The notes beneath the pieces are model-generated. The model was not told where the DNA came from. It did no database searches and was given only the letters and a program-made list of their open reading frames with translations. A stretch of 64,000 nt of DNA, taken from NCBI GenBank assembly GCA_009701885.1, contig WLJH01000016.1, positions 16,384 through 80,383 on the forward strand, in the 5' to 3' direction. Below, piece after piece: positions 45,396-55,989 of this stretch. Every line of letters begins with the position of its first letter. Position 1 is the first letter of the stretch. The DNA is from Actinomycetota bacterium (lineage in GTDB: Bacteria; Actinomycetota; Actinomycetes; Propionibacteriales; Nocardioidaceae). A program made the position numbers and the translations under genes.

Positions 45396-47101
45396 CGGTC
45401 GAGCACGTACCTGCCCGGGGCCGGGTCCAGCGCGGGATGCTGCGGCGAGCCGGGCGACTCCGGGGCGGGACGCAGCGGCCCCGAGCGCTCACTGAGCCAG
45501 GCGGCGTACAGCGGCCACCAGGACCCGCGGTGCTCCTCGGCCGAGGCCAGGAACTCCTCGGGGTCGGCGGGGGTGGAGACGGAGTGCCGGAAGGATGCCT
45601 TGGGATTGCCGGGCGGGTTGACCATCGCCGCCACGTGCCCGCTGTTGGACAGGACGAACTCACAGCTGCCCCCCAGCAGCTGGGTGGTGCGGTAGCAGGA
45701 CTGCCAGGGGGTGATGTGGTCGGCGACGGCCCCGATCACGAACGCGTCGACGGTGACGTCGGCCAGGTCGATCGGCACCCCGAGCGCAGACATGACCGCA
45801 GGCTCGACCAACGAGTTGCCGGCAGCGAGGTCCACGAAACCGGCGTGCAGGGCCGCCGGCATTCGTGTGCTGTCGGAGTTCCAGTAGAGCAGGTCGAACG
45901 CAGGCGGCGTCCTGCCCAGGAGGTAGTTGCTGACCCAGTAGTTCCAGATCAGGTCGTTGGGCCGCAACCAGGCGAACATCTCGGTCAGCGAGGACCCGTC
46001 GAGGTAGCCCCGACGGCGGCTGCGCTGCTTGGCCAGCTCCGCCAGCCGCGGGTTCATCAGCGCCCCGGCGGAGCCCGAGACCTGTTGGTCGAGCAGCGTC
46101 ACCGGCAGCGCGAGGGAAGCGACCTCCTCGAGGCCGCCCGTGGCGCCCAGGTAAGCGAGGGCCATCGTCGTGAGGATGCCGCCCGAGCAGGTGCCCCACA
46201 CCGAGGACTTGCTCGCCCCGGTGATCTCCCGGGTCAGCCGCATCGCGGTGATGATCGAGTGGACGTAGGCATCCATGCCCCAGTCCGCGTGCCGAGCGGT
46301 GGGGTTGCGCCAGGAGATGGCTAACACCTGGTGGCCGGCCGCGGTGAGGTGCTCCACCACGCTCCGGTCCGGTGCCAGGTCCAGCGCGTAGTACTTGTTG
46401 ATCGTGGGTGGCACGAGCAGCAGCGGCCGCTCGTGCACCTCCGGCGTCGTGGGGGTGTACTGCAGGAGCTCGAACATCGGCGCCCGGTACACGACGTACC
46501 CGGGCGAGACGGCCAGGTTGCCGCCGACCTCGAAGGCCGTGGTGTCCACCATGCTCGGCACCCGCGGCGCGCTCGACATGTCGCGCAGGAGCGAGCGGAT
46601 CCCGCGGATCCACGAGGCACCTCCGGTGTCGATCGCCTCCTTCAGGGGCGCCGGCGCCAGCGGGAAGTTCGACGGGGCCAGCGCGTCGATCACGTTGTCG
46701 ACCAGGAAGGAGAGCCGTTCCAGGTCCTTGACCGACAGCTCACCGTCGCGGAGCGCCTGGTGCGCCTTCTCGGCCACGACGGTGTGCACCTGGAGGAGTC
46801 GCCGGTAGAAGGGGTTGGACTCCCAGGCCGGGTCGACGAAGCGTCGGTCGTGCTTGGGGGGCGAGACCTCGGAGACACCCGCCGCGACCCGGGACAGCTC
46901 GCGCCCCAGCTCCACGGCCCTCGTCGCCGGACGCCAGGGGTGCCGGCCGACTCCACGCAGGAACCGCGCAGCGGGACCAGCGGGGAGTCCCCCTCTGAAG
47001 CCACCGATCGCGGCCCGGACCAGCGCGGTGTCGAGGGGGACGACGTGGTCGTGGCGCACCTCCTCGGCCGGGAGCTGCGGCATGCGGATTGCTGTGCTCA
47101 C
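45392..47101 (-). CDS. phaC: PHA synthase, class I/II type PhaC
   Basis: DRRFVDPAW, APSNF, FEVGGNLAVSPG, PPTINKYYALDL, catalytic GTCSGG, WLRPNDLIWNYW, DHITPW, SGH. GTG 47101 with ggagg RBS. Confidence 0.92.
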   Translation of the reverse strand: MSTAIRMPQLPAEEVRHDHVVPLDTALVRAAIGGFRGGLPAGPAARFLRGVGRHPWRPATRAVELGRELSRVAAGVSEVSPPKHDRRFVDPAWESNPFYRRLLQVHTVVAEKAHQALRDGELSVKDLERLSFLVDNVIDALAPSNFPLAPAPLKEAIDTGGASWIRGIRSLLRDMSSAPRVPSMVDTTAFEVGGNLAVSPGYVVYRAPMFELLQYTPTTPEVHERPLLLVPPTINKYYALDLAPDRSVVEHLTAAGHQVLAISWRNPTARHADWGMDAYVHSIITAMRLTREITGASKSSVWGTCSGGILTTMALAYLGATGGLEEVASLALPVTLLDQQVSGSAGALMNPRLAELAKQRSRRRGYLDGSSLTEMFAWLRPNDLIWNYWVSNYLLGRTPPAFDLLYWNSDSTRMPAALHAGFVDLAAGNSLVEPAVMSALGVPIDLADVTVDAFVIGAVADHITPWQSCYRTTQLLGGSCEFVLSNSGHVAAMVNPPGNPKASFRHSVSTPADPEEFLASAEEHRGSWWPLYAAWLSERSGPLRPAPESPGSPQHPALDPAPGRYVLDR

Positions 47102-47251
47102 GCGACCTCCTCCGGGCCGACTCTCGGCGCTGGCCCGGGGCCATCTTGTGGGCCCCCCGGCGAACGCCGCGAGGGCACTGAGCCCAAAGACCGGCGGCAT
47201 CCCTGGACTGCGTGCCCAAGCGCCTCCGAGCCGGGCGAGGCGGTCCGGGGC

Positions 47252-47476
47252 TCAGCGCGTCGCGATGAGCACCAGCGAACCCACGACGAGGAAGGCACCC
47301 GTGACCGTCATCGCCCGAGCACCCCGGGACATCGTGGCGCGCCGACGCTCGAGCACCTCCTCGCCCCCGAGGCTGCCCACCAGCAGGTCGAGGTGACGCC
47401 CGCTCCAGATCCCTCCTGCGAGGAGGAGCAGACCCAGCACGGGCAGGGCGATGAGGGTCGCAAGGTCCTCGCTCAC
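47252..47476 (-). CDS. small two-TM membrane protein
   Basis: GTG overlaps the upstream TGA. Two hydrophobic segments. Confidence 0.65.
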   Translation of the reverse strand: MSEDLATLIALPVLGLLLLAGGIWSGRHLDLLVGSLGGEEVLERRRATMSRGARAMTVTGAFLVVGSLVLIATR

Positions 47477-48588
47477 GGTTCCTGGCCCGCCGGGCCGCTC
47501 GGGGTGGCCGGCGGGGGCGTGCTGCCGGGGAGGTCGAGCCCGGGGAGGGAGGACGGGTCCGCTGGCCGGTAGTCCTCGGCGTAGGTGAGGTCGGCGCCCG
47601 CGACGACGTCGGTGAGGAAGGCCTGCCACGTGGTCAGGCCCCGGGCTGCGAGCAGGGTGGTGCGCAGCTCCTCACGGACCTCCTCGAAGCCCTGCGTACG
47701 AGCTGGTCGCGCGGCCGTGACCAGCCCGAGGTAGACGTAGCTGGCACCCGGCGAGCGGACCGGGCCGAACACCTGGCCGGGTCGGCTCCGGAAGGCCGCC
47801 GCGGCGAAGGGGCCCTGGAGCTGCCCGGCCGCGACGAACCCGAGGTCCCCACCCTGGGGCGCGGTGCTGGTGTCGAGGGAGCGGCGCCGCGCGACCGAGG
47901 CGAAGTTGCTCGGAGTGAGGCTCGAGCGCAGCGTGAGCGCCTCGGCACGGTTCGCTACGGCGATCGCGGAGATCCGACGGGTCCGGGGTAGGTCGAACTC
48001 CTCCGGGTTCGCCTCGTACGCGGACCTCACCTCCTCGGCCTCGATGGTGAGGTCGGCCGTGACCTCGCTGTAGAGGCGCTCGATCCGCAGCTGGCGCTCG
48101 AGCTCCTCGAGCACGTCGTCCTCGGAGACACCCTCGTCTGCGAGCGCATCCACGAACTCCGTCCGCCCGCCGGGGTAAGCAGCGTCGAGGAACTCCTGGG
48201 CGGCGCGGTCCAGGTCCGCCTGGCTGACCGTGACCTGGGCCTCGTCAGCGGCGGCATCCACCACCAGGGAGACCGCGAAGGACTGTGCAGCCAGCCGCCG
48301 GCCGTCTTCCTCGTCGAGGTCGGGCGCCTCGATCCCGTACATCGCCTGCTGCTCGACCAGGTGCCGCCGCAGGTCCGACTCGACGTACACCCGTCCGTCC
48401 AGCTCGAAGACGGCGTCCTCGGGCAACCCGCCCCACGGGCGCACGACGACCGTCACGGCGACCACGCCGACCACGGCCATGACGAGCGGTACGACGAGGC
48501 GCCACCGGCGCCACCGGCGCGTGACGGTGGCCTCCGTAGCCCCGTTGGCCGCGGCCCCGTCAGCTGCGGCCCCCTCGGTGTGGGTCAT
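47473..48588 (-). CDS. membrane-anchored SurA/PrsA-like parvulin foldase
   Basis: N-terminal TM, SurA-N-like region, VARRRSLD...QGGDLG...PFAAAAF...GPVRS. Confidence 0.8.
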   Translation of the reverse strand: MTHTEGAAADGAAANGATEATVTRRWRRWRLVVPLVMAVVGVVAVTVVVRPWGGLPEDAVFELDGRVYVESDLRRHLVEQQAMYGIEAPDLDEEDGRRLAAQSFAVSLVVDAAADEAQVTVSQADLDRAAQEFLDAAYPGGRTEFVDALADEGVSEDDVLEELERQLRIERLYSEVTADLTIEAEEVRSAYEANPEEFDLPRTRRISAIAVANRAEALTLRSSLTPSNFASVARRRSLDTSTAPQGGDLGFVAAGQLQGPFAAAAFRSRPGQVFGPVRSPGASYVYLGLVTAARPARTQGFEEVREELRTTLLAARGLTTWQAFLTDVVAGADLTYAEDYRPADPSSLPGLDLPGSTPPPATPSGPAGQEP

Positions 48589-50891
48589 GCCGGGACCTCC
48601 TGCGATGACCGGCGGGCGTCCTCTGCCGGCTCGGCGCCGTCGTCGTCCGCCCGTCGCGGCAGCGCGAGTGCCACGACCGCGGCCGACAGCCCGGCCCAGA
48701 CCACGGACATGGCCAGGACGATCGCAAAGTTCCGCATGACGTCGAGGTCGGAACCCAGCAGGACCAGGTAGCCGGCCGTCGAGGTGGACCCGGCGACGAC
48801 CACGCTGCGCCAGGGGAAGGCGCGGTGACGCAACATCACGGTGAACTCACAGCCCACAGCAGCCGTCAGCGACCCGAGCGCACAGGTGAGGGGGGTCAGG
48901 GACGCCCCCGAGACACGCAGGGCGAGCAGACCCAGCCCCGTGGCGATGGAGGCGGCCAGCAGGGCTCGGAGGGCGTCACCGCGGTGCCGCCACCCGAGCA
49001 CGAGCAGCAGGGCGACCGAGGGCGCCAGCACACCGCCGAGGTTCGCGACGAGTCGCGACTCGTCGAGCAGCTCGAACTCGCGCGCGGCCACCGCCGGGAC
49101 GCCCGCGATCACGACCTCGCTGCCCTCGGGGGGCGGCGGCAGCGTCCTGCGGATCGCCTCCAGCAGGGCGCCCTGCTCGGCGATGTCGCTGGGGACGACC
49201 CCGAAGGACATCGCGGTCGTGGAGGCATCGGCGCTGGAGACGGCCGAGAGGAGGTACGGCGGCATCAGGGCGTACGCCGAGCCGATCTGCTGCGCCGTGG
49301 GATCTGGGCCGAGGAAGCCGAGGAGTTGTGCTGGGGAGAGGATCGTGCGCAGCTGGTCGCCGAGCTCGGCCACGACGGCCTCACGAGCCTCGACCGACCA
49401 GGCCAACGTCTCCGGTGGTGCGGCAGAACCCGTCAGGAGCACGTCGACCTGTCCCGAGACGCCGAGGATCCGCTGGCTCTCGCTCGCCTCCGCCTCGACC
49501 GGCAGCCCCTCGGCCAGGCCGGCGAGGTCCGCCTTCAGCGGGATGCCGGGCAGCAGCACCCAGCCTGCCAGCGCGGAGACGGCCATGGCCCCGAGCACGA
49601 CCTGCGCCGTACGCCGCCCCCGCCGGCCGAGCGGCGCACCGCCGCTGTCGGCCGCGTCGTCGCGGACCGGCACCGTGGCCCCGAGCGCGAACCGCAGCAG
49701 CTGGCCGATCACCGCCGCTGCGATCACGCCGACGGCGATGAGCAGACCGAGCTGCTGCAGGAACGGGACGGGCGACAGCGCGGTCATGGCGAAGCCCGTG
49801 GCCGTGGCGATCGCGTTCGCGATCACCCGGCGCGAGGGACCGAACAGACCGAGGTAGATGGGCACGTCGCACCCGATGCCGACGATGGCCGGCAGGACCG
49901 CTACGAGCACGAGCGAGGCAGGCTGGTCCAACCAGCCGAGCAGCGCCAGGTCCAGCAGCACCGCGCCCCCGGCCGCGGCCAGGGGGATGAGGTTCGCGAA
50001 CCAGCGCTCCCGGCGGCGGAGCCGGCGGGCCCCGATGGTGAGCAGGGTGCCGACCGCCAGCACGGAGGCCAGGGTCAGGTATGGGACCTCGTACCTGGAC
50101 TGCTCCACCAGCCCGGCCAGCACCACCGGGGATCCGCTGACGATGGGCTCCTCGGCAGCGAGGTCGGCCTGTCCGACCGTGTCGCGGATGCCGTTGACCA
50201 GGGTCGCGACCTGACCCTGGGTGAGCCCACCCTCGGGGCGGATGACCAGGGCGATGGTGTCCTCGTCCGGCAGGACGAAGCGCAGGGTCGGGCGAGGCTC
50301 GTCGTCATCGAAGGCCACCGCGTCGACGAAGGCCTGGTTCGACAGCGTCGGCAGGCCCGCGGGAAGGGCCTGGGTCAGCAGGACGCCGTACCTCAGGTCG
50401 TAGGCACGCAGCGCCTCGCGCTTCGCCCGGGCGATCTCCTCGGGACCGCCACCCTCGGCCCGCGCCCGACGAGCGGCTTCCGCCACCACGTCCTGCCGCT
50501 TGAAGCTGATCCCGCTCAGGAAGTTCTGCGCACTGGCTGCGAGCTGGTTGAGGACCGTGCCGGGCCCGTACACCACCCTGACCCCGGGCAAAGCCGAGAG
50601 CTGGCCCTCGAGCGCGATCAGCTGCGGGAGCTTGTCGGTCGTCAGCCAGGGCTGCCCGGCCTCGGAACGGATCACCACCGTGATCGGGTCCGAGCCGAAC
50701 TGCTGCTCATCGAGCGTGTAGGCCTCCCGCGCCGGGTCCTCGGCGTCGAGGAAGGTCGCCACCGAGGTGTCGAACTCCAGTCGGCTCAGTCCGCCCACGG
50801 TGAGCACCGCCAGCACGAGCAGCGCCAGCGCCGCCACGACGCGTGAGCGTCGAGACGGCGCTGGCGCACCCGAGTGGTCAACAGCAGTCAT
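48585..50891 (-). CDS. RND/MMPL-family membrane protein
   Basis: 768 aa, two repeats of TM, large loop and 5 TMs. VYGPG, VSGSPVV, GIGCD, VIAGVPAV. Confidence 0.8.
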   Translation of the reverse strand: MTAVDHSGAPAPSRRSRVVAALALLVLAVLTVGGLSRLEFDTSVATFLDAEDPAREAYTLDEQQFGSDPITVVIRSEAGQPWLTTDKLPQLIALEGQLSALPGVRVVYGPGTVLNQLAASAQNFLSGISFKRQDVVAEAARRARAEGGGPEEIARAKREALRAYDLRYGVLLTQALPAGLPTLSNQAFVDAVAFDDDEPRPTLRFVLPDEDTIALVIRPEGGLTQGQVATLVNGIRDTVGQADLAAEEPIVSGSPVVLAGLVEQSRYEVPYLTLASVLAVGTLLTIGARRLRRRERWFANLIPLAAAGGAVLLDLALLGWLDQPASLVLVAVLPAIVGIGCDVPIYLGLFGPSRRVIANAIATATGFAMTALSPVPFLQQLGLLIAVGVIAAAVIGQLLRFALGATVPVRDDAADSGGAPLGRRGRRTAQVVLGAMAVSALAGWVLLPGIPLKADLAGLAEGLPVEAEASESQRILGVSGQVDVLLTGSAAPPETLAWSVEAREAVVAELGDQLRTILSPAQLLGFLGPDPTAQQIGSAYALMPPYLLSAVSSADASTTAMSFGVVPSDIAEQGALLEAIRRTLPPPPEGSEVVIAGVPAVAAREFELLDESRLVANLGGVLAPSVALLLVLGWRHRGDALRALLAASIATGLGLLALRVSGASLTPLTCALGSLTAAVGCEFTVMLRHRAFPWRSVVVAGSTSTAGYLVLLGSDLDVMRNFAIVLAMSVVWAGLSAAVVALALPRRADDDGAEPAEDARRSSQEVPA

Positions 50892-52186
50892 CGAGTTTCG
50901 CGCGTGACTCTCTTGTAGTCCCCGGTGAAGTTGATCTGGGGGTCACCAGCAGTGCCAGGCGCAGGGTACGGGTTCTGACCCACGCCGCCCACGGCCGTGG
51001 TGGGCAACGGGTTGCCCACGAGACTGGTGGAGTTGAGCACGGCGAAGACTCGCACGAACCGGCTCGTGGCGTCCTGCAGACCGAAGACCGAGGAGTCGTT
51101 GGCGAAGAAGGCCGCCAGGTCCATCCCGTACGGGCTCATGTAGTCGATCATCGGGTTCAGGTCCGCCAGGGCCTTCTGCAGGTTGGGGACCAGCGGGTCC
51201 AGGGCACCGCTCAGGGCAGGCACCCGGTCGAGGGTCGCCGGCGCCGTGCGGAGCACGGTGTTGAGCGTCGGGAACGTGGCGCGCAGCTCTCGCGTGGTGC
51301 TGGGCAGCTTGGTCAGCACCTCCGTGACGCCGGGTGCGGCCACGTCCAGCGCCCCCGCCAGCGGGGCAAGGTCGCCGGCCAGCGTCTGGAGCGCAGGGGC
51401 AGCACCACTGGCACTGGAGAGCACCTCGGGCAGCTGGCGCATGGTCGCCTCGACCTGCTGGCGCTGCCGCGCGGTCGCACCCATGTTCTGCTGCGCGACC
51501 TCGACGAGGTGGGCGATCTGGCCCTGACGCTCGTCGAACGCGGCGAGCACGCGCGCACTGGTGCGGGAGAGCCGGACCAGGTCGTCCTGCTGGTCGGCGA
51601 GTGCCGCCAGGCTGTCGTGCCCCTGGGTGCCGAGGGTCCCCAGGCCCGTCATCACCGCGTCGATGTCCTCCGAGCGGCCCTCCGTCGCAGCGCCGCCCTC
51701 CCGGATCAGGCTCCCGAGGGAGGCCCGAGCCTTCGGAGAGAGCTCGTTGAGCACCTCGTCGAGGTGCACGGAGGAGGAGTTGGCGGACAGCGGCAGGGCC
51801 GTCCCGCCGTCGATCTCGTCGCCCGTGCCGTCGGTGATGTCGACGTAGGTCTCCTCGACGAGCGTCTTGCTCCGCAGCGCGAAGGTCGCGCCCTCGTGGA
51901 GCGGGGCCACGCTCTCGTCCAGGCCGACGACGGCCGTGGCCGCCTCGCCCCGGCCGCTGATCTCGAGCACCGAGCCGACCTTCACCCCGGCGACCATGAC
52001 GTCGGAGTTCTCGACCAGGTTCTGCAGGTCCTGGGACTGCAGGGTGACCTTGTAGTCATGACCCACGCCCGGCAGCCGACCGCCCGAGTTCACCCACAGG
52101 TAGGTGAACACGACGGCCATGGCTGCCGTGAAGCCGATGAGGGTCGCGAGGCGCCAGGCGGGCAGCCTGCTCACGCGGATCTTCAC
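50888..52186 (-). CDS. mce: MCE/MlaD-family protein (6th)
   Basis: N-terminal TM, NSDVMVAGVKVGSV, KTLVEETYVDI, helical C-terminal region. Confidence 0.9.
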   Translation of the reverse strand: MKIRVSRLPAWRLATLIGFTAAMAVVFTYLWVNSGGRLPGVGHDYKVTLQSQDLQNLVENSDVMVAGVKVGSVLEISGRGEAATAVVGLDESVAPLHEGATFALRSKTLVEETYVDITDGTGDEIDGGTALPLSANSSSVHLDEVLNELSPKARASLGSLIREGGAATEGRSEDIDAVMTGLGTLGTQGHDSLAALADQQDDLVRLSRTSARVLAAFDERQGQIAHLVEVAQQNMGATARQRQQVEATMRQLPEVLSSASGAAPALQTLAGDLAPLAGALDVAAPGVTEVLTKLPSTTRELRATFPTLNTVLRTAPATLDRVPALSGALDPLVPNLQKALADLNPMIDYMSPYGMDLAAFFANDSSVFGLQDATSRFVRVFAVLNSTSLVGNPLPTTAVGGVGQNPYPAPGTAGDPQINFTGDYKRVTRETR

Positions 52187-53442
52187 TGGTTGCCACCCTT
52201 CGCACTCGTCGGGATCAGCGAACCCGGGTTCTGGACGAGCTCGGCGCGGAAGATGCCGCCGTTACCGTCCCTGAGGGACCCCACGGACGTGGTGTTGGAG
52301 AGGAAGTCCTGGAGGTAGCCCAGCTCTCCGTCCTTGCGGTAGTCCAGGCCGGAGATCAACCGCTGCGTGATCGAGTCCAACCGTCCGGTGAACGGCGTCA
52401 CGGCCACCAGGCTCTGGTTGCCAGCAGCGATGAGGGGCCTGAGGTCGGCGACCAGCGGCCGCGCCTCGCGGACGAGCGGACCCGCCTCCGTGGTGAGGTC
52501 AGCCAGCTGGTCCAGCGTGCCCTGCAGCTGCTCCAGGGCACTCGGCAGGGACTCGCTGGCGCCACGGATGTTGCGCAGCGTCGGCTCGAGCTGCGCCGAG
52601 AGCGTGGAGATCTTCGTCGTGGAGTCCCGCAGGCTGTCGGTGAAGCCCGGGAGCGCCGCCAGCGTCTCGTCGAACTCGGTGTTCTTCGCCTGCAGGGCGC
52701 CGAGGGTCTCCGCGGCGTCCCGGGCCAGCTTCGTCAGGCGCTCGTCGTCGTTGCCCACGGCCTGCGCCACGTTGCCCAGGTCGGTGACCAGACGCGCCAG
52801 GGCGGCGCGCCGCGTCTCCAGCGCCTCTGCGACCTTCCCCAGACCGCCGAGGGTCTCGTCGGTGGCCGTGAGGCCCGGAGCGAGTGCGACCGGGGCGGAG
52901 GCGAGAGCGGCGTCGGACTGGGCGAGCAGGGTGGTGACCGCTGCACGGGTCCGGCCGTCGAGGTGCTGGAAAACCTCGTCCTGCTGGATGGTGGAGTCGG
53001 TCCGCGTGGAGGGCAGCGAGCCGCCGTCCTCGAGCTCACCCGCGGCCTCGGTGCCGGGGTCGAGCTCGACGTACATCTCGTTCAGCGGGCTCTTGGGTCG
53101 CAGCACCAGGCGGGCGTCGCGGTAGACCTCGTACTCGGGCTCGAGGACCATCGTCAGCTCGGCCTCGCCGTTCTCGTTCACCCCGGCCTCGGTGATCTCA
53201 CCCACAGGGACGCCGGCGATGCGGACCTCCTGGCCGTTGCCCGGGCTGATGGCCGGGGCCTCCTTGAAGCTCGCCTGGAAGGTGTAGTCGTCGGTCCACG
53301 GCCACCGTGCCCGCTGCTCGACGAGGAGGTAGCCCGTGACCGCGAGGCCGATCGCGACGGTCAGCACGATCGTCAGGACGTCCTTGCCGAAGCCGGGGGT
53401 ACGGCGGATGTGGCCCCAGGTGCGGGCGATCCGGCCGCTCAT
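52183..53442 (-). CDS. mce: MCE/MlaD-family protein (5th)
   Basis: EVRIAGVPVGEI, PKSPLNEMYVELDPG. Confidence 0.9.
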   Translation of the reverse strand: MSGRIARTWGHIRRTPGFGKDVLTIVLTVAIGLAVTGYLLVEQRARWPWTDDYTFQASFKEAPAISPGNGQEVRIAGVPVGEITEAGVNENGEAELTMVLEPEYEVYRDARLVLRPKSPLNEMYVELDPGTEAAGELEDGGSLPSTRTDSTIQQDEVFQHLDGRTRAAVTTLLAQSDAALASAPVALAPGLTATDETLGGLGKVAEALETRRAALARLVTDLGNVAQAVGNDDERLTKLARDAAETLGALQAKNTEFDETLAALPGFTDSLRDSTTKISTLSAQLEPTLRNIRGASESLPSALEQLQGTLDQLADLTTEAGPLVREARPLVADLRPLIAAGNQSLVAVTPFTGRLDSITQRLISGLDYRKDGELGYLQDFLSNTTSVGSLRDGNGGIFRAELVQNPGSLIPTSAKGGNQ

Positions 53443-54731
53443 CGCGAGAACCCCATGCTGGAGGCGACCAGGTCACGCCACGACTGCATGAGCTTGGCTG
53501 GCGTGACGAACTCGGTGAGGGTGTCCGGGCCAGGGCCGGGCTGGAAGTTGATCATCGCTCCGTTGGAATCCGTCGTCATCGAGTTCAGGTTCAAGATCGT
53601 GAACATGTAGGCGATCTGCTCGTAGCCCAGCGGCGAGTCCTTGCCGGCCACAGGCGAGTTCAACGTCCGCAGGATCGTGCCGTTCACCCGGTCGATGACC
53701 GGCGAACGCACGTCCTCGACGAGCGTCTGGAGACGTCGCGCGGCCGGCACGGCCTCGCGGGCCGTGGGGTCCAGGTCCTGCATCAGGGGCCGCAGGTCCG
53801 CGACCACAGGACGCAGGGTCCGGACGTCCTCGGGGCTGCTGCGCAGCAGGCTGGACAGCGACCGGACGCTGGGAAGGGCGGCGGTACTGGTGGTCCGCAC
53901 CTCGTCGAGGACCCCTGCGAGGTCCTCGAGGCCCGAGCGGGTACGCCGCAGGGTCTCGGGCCCACGGGCGACGGTGGTGCTGATCGCGGTGGACTGGCGG
54001 GCGAGCGTGCGCGAGAACGTGTCCAGGCCCTCGAGGCTGTCGGCCAGGGCGCCCTGCTCGGCGGTGAGCTGCCGCGACACGGACTGGAGCCCCGTGATGG
54101 CCCTGGTGAGGTCCTCGTCCGGCTTCGTCCCGGCGACCGCGCTCAGGAGCCGGGCGGAGCTCTGCAGCGACGGCGGCACCGACTGGACGAACTCCCGGAG
54201 GGCCGGCGTCGCCGGGCCCGAGAACGTCTCGTCGATCAGCTCCACGTCCTTGCTGATGGCGGCGCGAGCGGGCTTGTTCAGCATCCCGATGGTGGCGTCG
54301 AGCTCGACCGGCACCGAGGTGCGCTCGACCGGGATGGCGCCCTCCAGCGCCTGGCCCCGATCACCCCCCGGGGTCAGCTCGATGAAGTAGTTGCCACCCA
54401 GGATGGTCGTCGGACGGATCGCCGCCGACGGGTCGCTGCCGAGGATCTCGGTGATCCCGTCGTCGACCTTGAGCGTCATCCGGGCGCCATCACCGTGCTG
54501 CTCGATCTCCGTGAGGACACCAACGGGCACGCCGGCGACCTTGACCCGGCTGACGTTCGGCCGGACCTTGTAGTCACGCGCGAAGTCGACGACCACGGTG
54601 TCGCCGCCCCGCAGGGCGACCATGATCGGCGTCTTGAAGAACAGCAGGGTGCCGGCGAGCAGGCACAGCACCGCGGCGACGGCACCGATCCTGGTTGTCG
54701 ACATGCCTCGGAACTGACGGCGGATCGCCAC
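53439..54731 (-). CDS. mce: MCE/MlaD-family protein (4th)
   Basis: RVKVAGVPVGVL, PTTILGGNYFIELTPG. Confidence 0.9.
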   Translation of the reverse strand: MAIRRQFRGMSTTRIGAVAAVLCLLAGTLLFFKTPIMVALRGGDTVVVDFARDYKVRPNVSRVKVAGVPVGVLTEIEQHGDGARMTLKVDDGITEILGSDPSAAIRPTTILGGNYFIELTPGGDRGQALEGAIPVERTSVPVELDATIGMLNKPARAAISKDVELIDETFSGPATPALREFVQSVPPSLQSSARLLSAVAGTKPDEDLTRAITGLQSVSRQLTAEQGALADSLEGLDTFSRTLARQSTAISTTVARGPETLRRTRSGLEDLAGVLDEVRTTSTAALPSVRSLSSLLRSSPEDVRTLRPVVADLRPLMQDLDPTAREAVPAARRLQTLVEDVRSPVIDRVNGTILRTLNSPVAGKDSPLGYEQIAYMFTILNLNSMTTDSNGAMINFQPGPGPDTLTEFVTPAKLMQSWRDLVASSMGFSR

Positions 54732-54732
54732 G

Positions 54733-55989
54733 TCAGTTACCTCCCTCGTTGTAGGCCTCGAGAGGACCCGGGTAGGGGTTCCTCGGCGTCAGCGGCGCCG
54801 GTCCAGGGACCGAGCCGAGCACCGCGGACGGCCCCGTGACCAGGTCGAGCCTCAGGTAGTGGTTGCCGTTGGGGAGCTTCTGCGACAGCGCGTCGGCGAA
54901 CCAGTCGAAGAACAGACCGGCGTTGGTGCCGTAGGCGCCCAGGACGGACAGTGCAGGCTCGGCGCGCATGAGCGCGGCGGACACCTGCGGTGCGAGCGGG
55001 CGCAGGTCCGCGGAGGTCCCGGTCAGGCTGCGCACGGCCGGGTCGGCAGCGCGCGCCGCCCGGGGGACGTTGCCCAGGGCTCGCGCACCCGAGGTCAGGG
55101 TCGCCCGGAGGTCCGGGGTCTGCCGACCGAGGTCCGCCAGCGCGGGACGCAGGGTGCGCACGGCCGACGTGGTGTCGTCGAGCGGAGCGACCAGGGAGGC
55201 CAAAGCGGTCTCCGCCTCCCCCAGGGTCGTCGGAGCCTGGCGGAGGGTCGCACGCAGCGGCTCGGCGTCGTCGACGGCGAACGCCGAGAGGACCTCGTCG
55301 CTGGTCTCGAGCAGCGCTGCCAGCTGGACGCTGCGAGTCTCCACGTGCTCGGAGAGCGTGGCCGCAGCACGCAGGGTGCTGTCGAGGTCGGCTGCGTCGG
55401 AGGAGAGCGCCTGGGAGATCGTCCCCAGGTCGTCCAGCGACGACGCGGCCGTGGCCAGGAAGTCCGAGAGGTCCCCTCCGTGGCCGGCGACACCGCGACC
55501 GGCGCTGCGCGCGGCGAGTGCAGCCTGCTCCCGCGTGCGCTTGTCGAAGGTGTCCAGCAGGTCGTCGAGCTGTACGGCGCTCCGGGACTGTGCCGTCGGG
55601 AGGACGTCGTCACCCAGGGCGCCCGCCTCGGCGGTGCCCGGGTCGAGGTCGACGTAGGCCTGGCCCAGCGCGGACCGAGCCCGGATGCGGGCCACGGCGT
55701 CGCTGTTGATCTCGAGGTCTTCGGGCAGCTGCAGCTCGACGAGTGCCTCGGACTCACCGACCTCGATGGCCGTCACCTGGCCCTCACGAACGCTGCGCAG
55801 GCGCACGTCGTCCCCGACGCGGAGCGAGCCGACATCGGCGAACGCCACCCGGACGTAGCTGTAGTCCTTGAGCGGCACGCCCTTCGTGACGGTGAACGCC
55901 ACTCCCAGGGACACCACGAAGACGACGAACAACGTCAGACCGGCCAGCGTGTTGGTCTGGCGCCATGGGCTGCGTGCCGAGCTGCTCAC
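54733..55989 (-). CDS. mce: MCE/MlaD-family protein (3rd)
   Basis: LRVGDDVRLRSVREGQV, RSALGQAYVDLDPG. Confidence 0.9.
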   Translation of the reverse strand: MSSSARSPWRQTNTLAGLTLFVVFVVSLGVAFTVTKGVPLKDYSYVRVAFADVGSLRVGDDVRLRSVREGQVTAIEVGESEALVELQLPEDLEINSDAVARIRARSALGQAYVDLDPGTAEAGALGDDVLPTAQSRSAVQLDDLLDTFDKRTREQAALAARSAGRGVAGHGGDLSDFLATAASSLDDLGTISQALSSDAADLDSTLRAAATLSEHVETRSVQLAALLETSDEVLSAFAVDDAEPLRATLRQAPTTLGEAETALASLVAPLDDTTSAVRTLRPALADLGRQTPDLRATLTSGARALGNVPRAARAADPAVRSLTGTSADLRPLAPQVSAALMRAEPALSVLGAYGTNAGLFFDWFADALSQKLPNGNHYLRLDLVTGPSAVLGSVPGPAPLTPRNPYPGPLEAYNEGGN

